A stretch of 64,000 bases of DNA from Schizochytrium sp. TIO01. Its lineage: Eukaryota > Protista > Bigyra: Labyrinthulomycetes. Positions 14,384 to 25,619 of this stretch are shown one piece after another (position 1 is the first letter of the stretch; every line of letters begins with the position of its first letter). The translations under genes were made by a program, and so were the position numbers. Location of the stretch: positions 5,246,436 to 5,310,435 of the forward strand of contig SMSO01000031.1 of NCBI GenBank assembly GCA_004764695.1, written 5' to 3'. Below the pieces are notes generated by a model. The model worked only from the letters and a program-made list of their open reading frames with translations. It was not told where the DNA came from and made no database searches.

Positions 14384-17300
14384 GTAAAGTCATCATTCTG
14401 TTATTTTCTACCACTCGTTACTAATTTATAAATCAATACATAAATCAGGACATAGGTACCTCACCTACCTACTCTAAAAGAGTGCGAGGCATGGAAGTTG
14501 GTAGTAAATAGGTGAACGATTGAACTAACTAATTAGGATAATGAATCAAAGCAAATAAAACGACGTGGAGGTATAAAAGCAGGGTCTGAAAATTGAGTCT
14601 CGGGATAAAACTGAGAAAAACAAGACTGTCAACGCATTTTTGAGGTGCCTATGTGCTGACACACTCGTAAAGCGCGCAATTAATTCCCTTCCGCCTCTTT
14701 TGCTTGTGGCTGCTCATGCCTACAGTCCATTCATTATGCGGCCTGCAGCTGCGCAGAAATTCGAGTCCAGATCAAGCACGCAAGCAAGCAAGCAAGCGCA
14801 AGCAAGCAAACAGGCAAACAGGCAAACAGGCAGGTAGCTAACTATCAAGTTGATTCTTCATGGAAAGGTTTGCTTTGCTTCAACGGGATTATTTTGTTCA
14901 AAGGTTAGTCCGCAAATGTTTCTCGCGATCGTGCCATGAACGAGACTTAACGATGATGATGGAATCGACCACTCAGTAAACACTTTCTCTGTCTCAGTGC
15001 GTACTAGTGCTCTCGCAAAAGCAATTATTGACCTCCTTCTTTTTCTTCTTAAGATCGTTTCGAGGAAATGTATAAATGTTCAAAGGGCTCCGCTCAGAAC
15101 GCCAGGGCCAGCCAATAAACTCAAGACGTCCGCAACCCAGTCCAATTTGGTGAGTTTGTGTCCTTTCGCTGTTGCTCTGTTTGGCCAACTTGAGGTTATA
15201 TCTGCTGCCGCATCTCATCCTGGTACATCGTGGTTTTCCCCAACAAATCACCGGTAAATAAGCAGGCAAGCGCCTTTGCCATAGCACCTTTTTCTGCTTA
15301 GCAGTGTGTGTGCTTAAGGCTTGCTTTCATTTTAAATTAATTGATTAATTAATTAACAATGAAGGCTAAAGAGACAGAGGCGAGCAACTAAGAAATGGTT
15401 GTTCTATCATGGATGGGAAAATTGATTCGAGAAAGCGAGAATTGATCGGTTGATGCCGAGAAAGCTGCCGCTCGCATTCGCCGTTTCAAGTGAGTGGCCT
15501 CCGTCCCGCTGGACTCTGAGGACGTAGGGAGCGACCGCACTGACATTCGGGCAACGTATCTCGCTTCCTCCGTAGTGGAACGAGAGTCTACACGTAGATG
15601 GACATGCGTCATGAATGTCGTACATATATCTATATACATAAATAAATAAATAAATAAATAAATAAACTAATTGATCAGTATAGCTATATATGTGAGTGTG
15701 TTATACGGATGTGCACCGCGCCAATGGACAGACGTAGTGACAACCTCAAAACTTTCAACTAAAGTTCTCACTTTTATTTTAATTTTTTAAAAATTAAATT
15801 AAATTAAAGGTCTTGGCGCAGGACCTAGCGTTCCCGGTAGGAGGGCCTAGTCGCCGGCTGGGTCAAACTTGGTGAAAAAGGACGACTCGCGCAAAGATGG
15901 TCACGAAATAAAGACGCAAATAAATTGACGGCTCAGGCCAAGAACAACAATGGCTTCACTTTGGAGCGGAGAAACCAAGGAACAACCAAGCAATCAAGGC
16001 AATAATTATGCAATCAAAGGCTTGCTCGAGTGCCCGGGCTGATTGCTGTTTATTTCAGAATAAAGAGCGAAGAACGAGCAAAGATCTGCCCTGAAAAAGT
16101 TGACTCAAGCCGAGGAAACGATGATCACTATCTGTAGTTAGTAAATCACGCGTGGAGAGCCTTTTTCATGAGCACTTCAACGCGCTCGGGATTCATTATT
16201 CGCTGCGTGAGCCAATCAACTTTGAGCATAATCCTGTATCGTTGACGCGATATCGTGAGCCCTGGTCTCTCTTGAGGAAGTTCTCGAGTGCCGACGCTTG
16301 TTTATCCGTCAAATAAATCACTGCCCAAACTCGTCCCCTAAAGCGCGAGAGGAAATATAACACGCCAGTGTCGCTTTGGAGAGATGTAAGGTGTCCTTTA
16401 TTCCTATTAGGAAGACGGTAGTGCATATTTTCAGGTTTCACTGTTTTTAATGTTATCTTTTGAATTGTCAAATTAAATAAAAGTTTTCTTTTTGCCGGAG
16501 AAGAAGTAATGTATAGGAAACTGTTTGAATCATATCGAGAAGCTTTTACCCAAAACCAAAAGTGAGTGCTATGTTTCAGATAGAATCCTAACTTAGCATT
16601 GTTAACAATGGTAAAAACAAACATAAAACCAAACCTATAAATATATCAAATAAATACACACTTGAAAAATGCATGCTTGAAAAAAGACAGTAAAACTTTT
16701 GTAATCTGAGATTGTTTCAGAACTAGGCATTGTAGCACCTACTAGTGCGCAGCTACGGGAAGTCTGTCTGTCTTGACAGCCTCTGCCCGCTGTATCCAGA
16801 GAGAGTCACTGTTAGACGCCTTTTACTCTAGATCCTGGGACTAGGAGCGAAAACTACGCCATCATGAGGCCAGTGAATGAGTGTAGCGATAAGCGCCGCT
16901 CTTCGCACCCTGGCCACGAACGAAAGCCGATGAATGAGCTGAGATGAAGTTGGAATCGGTAATGAAACACCTTTCAAGTCAGAGGATTTGCACAAAATTA
17001 TGCCTTGTTCTTATGAGTTTGTTTCTTCTTCTTCTGATTTAGTAAGAGTAATAATGTATTACAATCAAACTATTCATTAGTTCTAGCAGTGCCACTACAT
17101 GTATTCCTAAGGGTTTAGATAATTGAGCACTCTCATGAGTCAAGCCACTGTCGTCAACGTGCCCAGTCTGGCGCCTCCTCCGACAGCTCAATTGTGTCTC
17201 CTAGAAATACCAGAAAAAAGAGGCGCTTTTCCACGAAAAATGCCGTGCTGCGGAGAGGAGCAAAATCGAAATGGACTCCCACAGCCGCGTTTCGCCAGCA

Positions 17301-20015
17301 GCGGCTCGTGTCTGTGCCGTGCCTAAGGGAAATTGGAATCGAAGTGCCTCAATCTTCTGTGCTCCTAAGCGAGCACTTACTCGCAGATGCGTCGAGTTGA
17401 CTGTAGAATAGTTGTAGAGCTAACCTGGAAATTGTTGTTTCTTCATATAGAGCGTACAGCCTCTCGTAGCTTCTTTAGACCAAGCTGCGCGTCAGACTCG
17501 AGCGCAAGCCCTTTTTAGGTCAGCAGTTGATTATTTTCATTTTCAATGAATTGAAAAGAGAATAGCATCGAACTCTATAATAATTACAAACAAATCAATG
17601 TAGTAGTTTTCTTTAAACGTTTAAAAAAGAAAAAGAAAAAGAAAAAGTTATTTGTTTTAATAATTACTTTTAACATTTTAAAATAGAAGACATTGTCAAA
17701 GAAAATCAAACTATTGAAGACGGGAATGCTAACAAGCTAAACAGCAGAAAGAAAATAAAAACCAGGTGGAGCGGAAGATAGGAATATACCTAGATAATTT
17801 ACACTGCGACCTGTTCCTTTAAGGCCTACGGGCATGGACAGGTTAATCTCTAGCAAGACCTTGGCATTGTTTTCGTGTGCGCGCCCAGAGAGCCGTCCGT
17901 CTCTATCTTCGGAGATAGTTAGTAGTAGACAAAATATTACTGCCTAGTAAACCGTTTTTAAGAGGTGAGGGGCGCTATTCTCGCTTTGTCTTTGAGATCC
18001 TAGGTGGAATATCAGTGAGAGCAGTTTGCGCCAGTGCAGTTGAGAGGGTAATACTTTTCTTTGCCTCACATCACTTTGGTAATACAGAAATATTATCCTT
18101 CTGAGCCACGCCCCACAGTCATAAAGTAGTGCACCGCATCTTGCTACCAAAAGTGCTTCTCACGTTCTAGGAATCATTTCGCCTCCTCTTTCTCACTTTA
18201 AAAAAAAAAAAAATTAAATTAAGATTTATAAAGTAAGGAATACATTTCATTGATTCAATATTGCGGCGTTGCTTTTCTTTTCTATTTTCTTTATTTTTAG
18301 TAAACACCATTTATTTTTTAAAACTTGCATATTGATCAAGACAAAATGATAAGAAGAGGAGAGAAGATTGCTTGTCAATAAATCCATGATTTTCGATCCT
18401 TCGTCTGTCAGTCTCCCTCCCGTCTGTCCTGATTTGTCCGGCTATGGGTCTGTTTGGTTGGCCTGGCGCTCGAAAACGTAGGCTTCGAACGCGGCGCCGC
18501 CTCACGAGATCCCCAAGAGGTCCCGTCAAAGGAAAGGATAACATACTAATTATTATACATGGGCAGAAGAAAGAGAGAAGAGAGAGGTGAGAAGGTCGTT
18601 GCGCCACCTATTTCACGATTCTTCACTCACTTCTAAGGATCAATGAAAAAGGACTGATCCAACCAACTTATCTCAGATTGCATATTTTGCATATTGCATT
18701 GCATTGCGTTGCGTTGCGTTGAATCCAATCGAATGGAGTCAATCAAAGCTTGATGGTTCAAGGTCCAAGGCGGAAGACCGAAGAGAGCTCTGGAGCGTCG
18801 AACGAATCTGTGGCAGGAGGGATTCTGATGACGCAGGAATAGTAGATCAGAAGCTTTTGTTTGCTCGAGGGTTAATTTGTGACGAACTCGAAAGGCGGAA
18901 ACGCCAACTTTCGATGGCTACTTAAAAGGAAGGCATAGATAGGTACATTTACCCATATCCAACTCCTTAGAAACGATACAAGAAAGAAGAAAGAGTGAAG
19001 AGAAGACAGTGGAAACTTGAATTCCGCTTTGCATGTGCCAACTGAAGGAGTGAGTGAATGAGTACATAGATCAACGAGTGAGAGATATCAAATCCCGCTT
19101 GGTCCATTGGCAGTCCGTTTCGAGAGCTCAGCCGCAATGGATGAATAAATACATGCATCCATTGCCAGTGCTCCCCAGCCTGCAGTGGCTACATCTCTGC
19201 CGTTGTCTTCTTCGCCATTGGCTTTCGAAAGGATCATTCGAGGCAAGTGCAGTTCAAGGTAATGTCATGGCCTAACGCAGAAAAGCAGAGAAGAATAAAA
19301 CAAACAATGCGATGATGGAAGGAGTTAAGATTTTACGATGCGCCTTTGAATAGGAGCGACGCCGCCGTCATGACTGGATTGAGTGCTATCTATCTATCAA
19401 TCAGGATTTGATTGATGGAGCACCTGAGAGGCGCTGTGCAAGGTCAAAAGAAAGGTACACCAGAACTGTCGGCAGCAGCAGCAGCAGCTTTCTTCGCGAG
19501 CGGAGCGAGAGGCCTGAGGAGAGATCTTTTCTCCATTCAGATTTCGATGGGTTCTTGGTTCTATAGCTTTTTATTATACTTCTCAATCAAATCAAAGTAA
19601 ATCAGATCGAACGAGTGACTACAGAAAATCAATGTTTTTAGTTACAGAAGAAGTAAGTAAAAGCATTGTGCTCGTTAGTGATCCTCAGCGAGGCAGAGCA
19701 GACCAGGCAGAGCAAGCAATTAGGATCTACGGATCGATGGATTGATCGATCTGCCCTTCATCCAGGCCGTCTAGAACTTGGCGCCGTGAGAGAGGGCCTT
19801 CTCCATCGCAGCTTGAACACGGGTTTGGAAAGCTCCTGGCGGCCGCAGGGGCGCTATAAGGCAAGCGGCGGGAGCGATTTTGAAGGAAGGGTCTGTATCT
19901 CGATTCCCCTGTCAGAGCAGAGTCCACTCTGCTGTTCCGCTAGCAGTAGGTAAGTAACTACTATGCTCTTTCAATCAAATAAGGCGCCCATAAGAAAATA
20001 ATTGCACTAGGTACT

Positions 20016-20090
20016 AAAAGAAAAGAAAAGAAAAGAAAAGAAAAGAAAAGAAAAGAAAAGAAAAGAAAAGAAAAGAAAAGAAAAGAAAAG
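20016..20090 (+). repeat. (AAAAG)15 pentanucleotide microsatellite
   Basis: Directly visible perfect array. Confidence 0.97.
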
Positions 20091-23000
20091 AAAGAAGAAG
20101 AAGTGAGCTGCAGCCAGTAGGAGGTGCTATGGGCTTTGTAGGAGTGGGGTTGTAAGAATGGAGAACCTGAAAACCTTGGAGTTGGGAGATGTTCTGCTGA
20201 GTGATTGTAGCATAGGTTGCTTTTCAAGATGGCTGCGCTTTAGAGATCCTCGCAGCCAACTGAGCGTCTGAGCCGACGAGTGTTGCATACGATCTGTCTG
20301 AGAAGCGGGACTTAGCGCCTGATTCTTGATCATATTCTGGACATCTGCATGGTTTTCCAGGCGCGGCATGAGTTTCGCAGCGTCTGTTTGCTGTCCTTTT
20401 TTGACTTCTTTCATTCCTCCGCTGCTAGCCTTACACTTAGCGAATAGTATAGAACACAGGGAACCGGAGAAAGATTATAACCTGAAGAAATCTAGCAAAC
20501 TTTGCTGCCTTTTCCTATATTGCAATGGCAATTTGCACAGAAACATAGACAAGCAAATAGTCGTTTCTAATCTCGTTTGCTTTCCTCCCTAATCCGCGGG
20601 CACAAGTCCAGCCTCGACCGCCCTTTATTATTGAGCACGTAAAAGCAAGCAATGGTCAGCTTCCCTGGCACGAACGAATCAATCATCAGCGATCGATCCT
20701 CAGATTTAGCAATAACAAACAAACAGACATTCAAAGAAATCGATCGATTCATCCTCCTTTCGAGGGTCGCCCGTTCTTATTGCCGTTCTTTCTACTGTTC
20801 TCGTTCTTAGCTGTTTCGCCGCTCTTCTTCTTCAAGCTTTCTTCTCTCCTTCTCTACATCTTCTTTCGCCTTTCTCCCTCTTTCTTTTTTCGTTTCTCTC
20901 TCGCTGGTCCTTCCTTTTGCCTATAGTAGCTTGAGCTATACTACCACGGAGAGTACTATATAAGGCACTCGAAAGGAGCGAGTTCTGTCAGGTACGAGTG
21001 ATTTGTTGATATTTTATCTTGATAAAGTAAGGTGAATAAAAGTTGAGGAAGAGGGCGTCCGATGGGTAGGGATTGGGCTAGCTGGGGAGAAGCAGTGGAG
21101 AGAGAGGAGGGGTCTTTCGAACCTGCTGTAGCTTAGCTTATTGCTTAGTGAAGGTGTAGCTTGGCTTGACTTTACTTCTTTCGACCTTCAAATTGCGGGT
21201 GACTGGATCTATAGGTGACTACTAGAGAGGCTATAACTCACTCGGCCAAGGCTAAGAAAAATCAGACCCCTTCGTTCTGTTTATTTATTTATTTGTTTTT
21301 TTATTTGTTTGTTTGTTTATTTGTTTATTTGATTGCTTCATTTGCTGTGACTTATTTGCTTAGGCACTTGTTGATGTTGGTTTGTTTGTTGGTTGGTTTG
21401 ATGACTTATGCAAACTCTCTCGAAGTCGATGGTACGAGCGATCGAAGGATAGGGCGCGAATGCAGAGAGGATTAATCTCTGTCTGTCTTGGACTGCCTCG
21501 AAGAATCCAATGCACCGGAAAAATAGGAGCGAAAAGAAGTGCGAGTAGTTGACATTCTAGATGCACTAGGCGCCCAGTAGGAAGGGTCGTAAATACCTCA
21601 TTTCATCATGATTTTAGAGATTTTTAATGAAAAAAGATAAAAAATCTACTCAAAAAGAATAGAAAAGGAATAGAAAGAATAATGCAAAAACGGAGACCAC
21701 CACGAAGGAGAAGAAGAAGAAGAAGTTGATTGCCTCTCTCGCTCGATGGCTCACTCACTGACCGGAGGCGCCTCGGAGGCCTTCGAGGACGACGTTGTGG
21801 AGGCGAGGACGACTCAGGGCACGGCAAAGGCGGAGCTCAGGTGCTCCAACGCGGCTCCCAACGCTAGCGAAGCAGCGGCGGTCTGTGCCTCCGCCCCGCC
21901 TTCTCTCCAGAAATCGATCGCTCAATTCTACAGTATAATTAGTTCTACTGATCGAACAATGAGTGGAAAGAAAAGAAAAGAAAGTCTGATGATAATGGGT
22001 TTATTATAGTGGGTTTGTTTAGAAGGAGAGGCACTATTGTATAATCTATGCTTCAGGGAATCTTGCACGTTTGTATTCATTACGAGAGAGATAGCATAGA
22101 CAGATAGATGGAGACTGGCACCGCTAATGGATGGTGTGGATCGTAAGAGGGGGATAGGGTCTACAGTAAGACTTTCGTTGGTGGGCTGAGGCGGTCTTCT
22201 CTTCTCTTCTCTTCGCTGGAGTTAGTTAGTTAAATAGTTCTTCTTCTTTGGCGTCGATTCTTTTGTTGTATAGGAATATGCCGTTCAGAAGCCACGATTT
22301 CAGAGAGGAGGGAATAAGAGGGGAATAAAGCGCAGAGGGCACTGGGAGCACTTGCAGCATAACCCCCTCGAAGTTTGCTGAGACTAGATGGATCGGAGGG
22401 GAGTAGTTGGAAGGGCGAATATGGAGGGTACAGCACGACCCACAGCGGTAATTTACCAATGTGGGAGGGGTGTGGGTGAGGGGGAAGGATATCTGAGCGA
22501 TTCGAAGGAAGTCTCTTACTTTCTGAAAGGCCAAAGTTAATTAAAAGTCTAGTTTTGAAACTCGAGAGAAGGGAAACTGAGTGTGTCTCGCTTGGGGTCA
22601 ATTACTTAATTACAAAGTAACTTACTCTCTTTGAAACTTTAGAGTGAAGGGAGTTGAGAGACACAGAGACATGAACATAAGCATCTTTAGACTTGTTGAA
22701 AGGGATCCAAAGCCCGGTAGACCTATTAAGACTGATTGCTGTACTTCTTTAGAAAACAAGAGAATTTATGATGAAGTAAAGTATTTTTTTTTGAGTATAT
22801 TATTATAATTATATAATAATAATAATAGTTATTATTATTATTAAAATAACAAAGTTATTACAAAAATGTATACATAAATATATATACATTAAGTAAAGTG
22901 TGCTTCTATCGATTAATGAATGTCAAACGCATATTTGAGCTGAGTGTTGTCTATCAGCCTTGCTAAGAAAGGGCCTCTGATACATCCAGTGACACGCACG

Positions 23001-23765
23001 TACTTGTGGCTCAGCCTTCCTCGATGCCTCTATGCTTACGTGCAAAGATGGCTTTGTAGGACATCTTGCACAGGAGGAGCGAGTGAGGAGAGCAAATGAC
23101 GAGACCCAAATTGATTTATTTACAATATATTGATAAGACTTACTACTTTTAAAAAATGAAGAAAGAGAACGTCTAAGAGAAATAAACGCGCGGTACCTAC
23201 ATTTAAAAGGAAAAAATGAAAGCAGTATCGAATGACGAAACTTTTCAACGCTTTATTTGAAATATTTTTCTTATAAAGAAAACTTTCTTTATGTTAGATA
23301 ATTTAATTTTTAGTTTTACAACTCAAAAAAGAGAAAAACTTAACTCAGCTACATAAGATTGAAGGGCGCCCAAAAGAAAAGAAAGGGGGAAACTGGAAGA
23401 ATTTCGAATTAAAAGCCCTTTCTATTAAGAAATATAATAGAGAAATCATAGTTTTGCATTTTTGTTTGCGAAGAAGTCCAAGTTGAGCCAAAAGCAAAAC
23501 CTCAATCCAAAATCGATCGACCAAGGCCACGAGCGCTTTGGAGAGGCACTAGCACAACAGCAGCAGCCAGCAGATAGCTGGAGCAAGACCAGCCCGCCAG
23601 CCCGCAAGGTGGTTGGTTCGAGCAGCAGCGGCAGTCAGCAAGCCCAAGCAGCAGCAAAGGCAGCAGAAGCAGCAGCAACAACAGACTTGTACTTCGAACT
23701 CATTGACTCATTGACTTTCAGTTTAGTTGGTTAGTGTACTTACAGAGAAGTCGTCTAGACAGAAG

Positions 23766-25619
23766 ATGAGCCGCAGAATGGGTTCCTTCGTGAACGAGAA
23801 TGACTTAAGTTTGGTGGTGCCGGATATGAAAATGCAGCACAACACCGCAGGTGGAAACATGGTCTATGGCGATGAAGACCTTGGACTCGGGTTCTTGAAG
23901 GAGGAGCCGCGCAGTGCACCCGTGGGCAAGGCAAAACCGTCGTTGTTGAGACAGGCTTCAGAGAAGCGTAAGCTTGCAGCACAGGATGGTACCCTTGTAC
24001 CAACGAGGTCGCGGAAGAGAAGCACTACCTTGCGATCCCTGCACGTGGTGAGTGTGCCGTCACTAGAGATCGGTTCAGGGGAATCATCTGATGATTCTGA
24101 TGGATCAGATAGTGAGGAAGCAGAAGCCACATCAACCAACTCCGCAAGCACAGCCTCTGGATTCAGATCGAGTAAGAATATCAAGGCCACATACACACAT
24201 CAGCAACACAACTCAGCCCACAGCGACGAGGACGAAATCGAAGAAAAAGCAGACTCTGATAGCCACGGACCACTCCCGTCAAGATATATGATGCACGAGC
24301 AACATCATCAACAGAAGTCCTTCCCTCACCCGCAAATGCCTTCTCAGCAGCAGCAGCAGCAACACCTCCAACAACAGCATCAGATGGGGCAGGCTTACAT
24401 GCCGACTCAAGAGCTCTCCCTGGCAGACATTGGCCGAAGATCCTCTACTTTCACAATCTGTAATGGCATGGACACTGTCTTTATTGGTGATGAGGATGAC
24501 GCAACCCCGGCTTACTCAAGGCAAGGTGATGACTTTGGTATGGACTCTGCACAAGATGCCAACGACACCGAAGCACAGCTCTCGCTTCTCGACCTTCCTC
24601 TTGAGCTTGAGGGACCTGTTGCTCAGAATGCGTGGACCTCGGAAGCAGACGCCATGTGGGCTGCCTCGCAAATCCTTGCGCCTAACAGCGCCGAAGAAGA
24701 GGCTGACTGCAACCGAGCTCTCTCAGACTCCGCTCTTCCGTCCAACATCTATAATAACAATTATGGCCAGCACCACCAGCAACAACAACAGCCCATTTAC
24801 CACAATCAGATGCCGCTGCAGCAGCAAATGCCGCAGCAACAAATGTCCATACCGCCCATGCCACCCACTGACAACATGGGATATGCTCCTCAACCTCATG
24901 TCCCGCACCATGTCCATCACCAGCAGCAGCAACAGCAGCAACTCCACTACCAGCACCAGCAGCAGCAGCAACAACAACAATACAACATGCACAACACACA
25001 TTTGCAAACACCGCGACCGGCACCTTCGGCTTCAACAGATGCCGAGCGTATGCATATGAAGATGAGCCCATCTGTTGGTCATGCAGTTGCCCCCAAGGAA
25101 CGTATTGGTACTCGCGAGCTTTCTGCTAGCAAAATCTGCTTTCGCAGGCTCTGGACACCCGAGGAAGACGCACTGCTGATTTCCCTCGTCAATAAATACG
25201 GCCTTGGTCACTGGAGTGACATTTCTCAGCACTTCCATAACACAAAGTCACCTAACCAGTGCTCGCAACGTTGGCATAAGGCCCTCGACCCCAGCATTAA
25301 GAAGGGTAAGTGGACAAAGGAGGAAGATGATGCCTTGGTAAAGGCTGTCGAGCAGTGCGGTAAGCACTGGCGGGAAATTGCCCGTCGCATCCCTGGACGT
25401 ACGGGTAAGCAGTGCAGAGATCGATACACGTCACGCCTTGACCCGAGCATTCAGAATGATGCCCCTTGGACACCTATTGAAGAGCAGACCATTCTCGAGG
25501 CGCACAAGCGTCTTGGTAACAAGTGGGCTGCTATCCAGAGACTCGTCCCTCACCGCTCATGGTATTCAGTCAAGTGGCGTATCTCCATTCTTCGCAAGCA
25601 GGAGGCTGGCAACGCATAA
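23766..25619 (+). CDS. R1R2R3-type (three-repeat) MYB transcription factor with Q/H-rich low-complexity N-terminal region and C-terminal DNA-binding domain
   Basis: Three tandem Myb repeats at about 25143-25597: WTPEEDALL..W..I....KSPNQCSQRW, KKGKWTKEEDDAL..W..IA..IPGRTGKQCRDRY and WTPIEEQTILEAHKRLGNKWAAI. The first in-frame ATG is at 23766; the ORF track starts at a TTG at 23727. Contains polyQ/H tracts and acidic patches. Confidence 0.95.
   Translation: MSRRMGSFVNENDLSLVVPDMKMQHNTAGGNMVYGDEDLGLGFLKEEPRSAPVGKAKPSLLRQASEKRKLAAQDGTLVPTRSRKRSTTLRSLHVVSVPSLEIGSGESSDDSDGSDSEEAEATSTNSASTASGFRSSKNIKATYTHQQHNSAHSDEDEIEEKADSDSHGPLPSRYMMHEQHHQQKSFPHPQMPSQQQQQQHLQQQHQMGQAYMPTQELSLADIGRRSSTFTICNGMDTVFIGDEDDATPAYSRQGDDFGMDSAQDANDTEAQLSLLDLPLELEGPVAQNAWTSEADAMWAASQILAPNSAEEEADCNRALSDSALPSNIYNNNYGQHHQQQQQPIYHNQMPLQQQMPQQQMSIPPMPPTDNMGYAPQPHVPHHVHHQQQQQQQLHYQHQQQQQQQQYNMHNTHLQTPRPAPSASTDAERMHMKMSPSVGHAVAPKERIGTRELSASKICFRRLWTPEEDALLISLVNKYGLGHWSDISQHFHNTKSPNQCSQRWHKALDPSIKKGKWTKEEDDALVKAVEQCGKHWREIARRIPGRTGKQCRDRYTSRLDPSIQNDAPWTPIEEQTILEAHKRLGNKWAAIQRLVPHRSWYSVKWRISILRKQEAGNA

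Noticed and set aside
16196-16624. 142-aa minus-strand ORF in AT-rich DNA
   Set aside because: Low coding character and no motif; likely chance.
543-23530. Dozens of 60-170 aa ORFs in the left desert
   Set aside because: Mostly non-ATG starts, microsatellite-derived translations (TNKQ, VCLF, FFSFL) and no coherent domains. Not called as genes, although some overlap suspected fossils.
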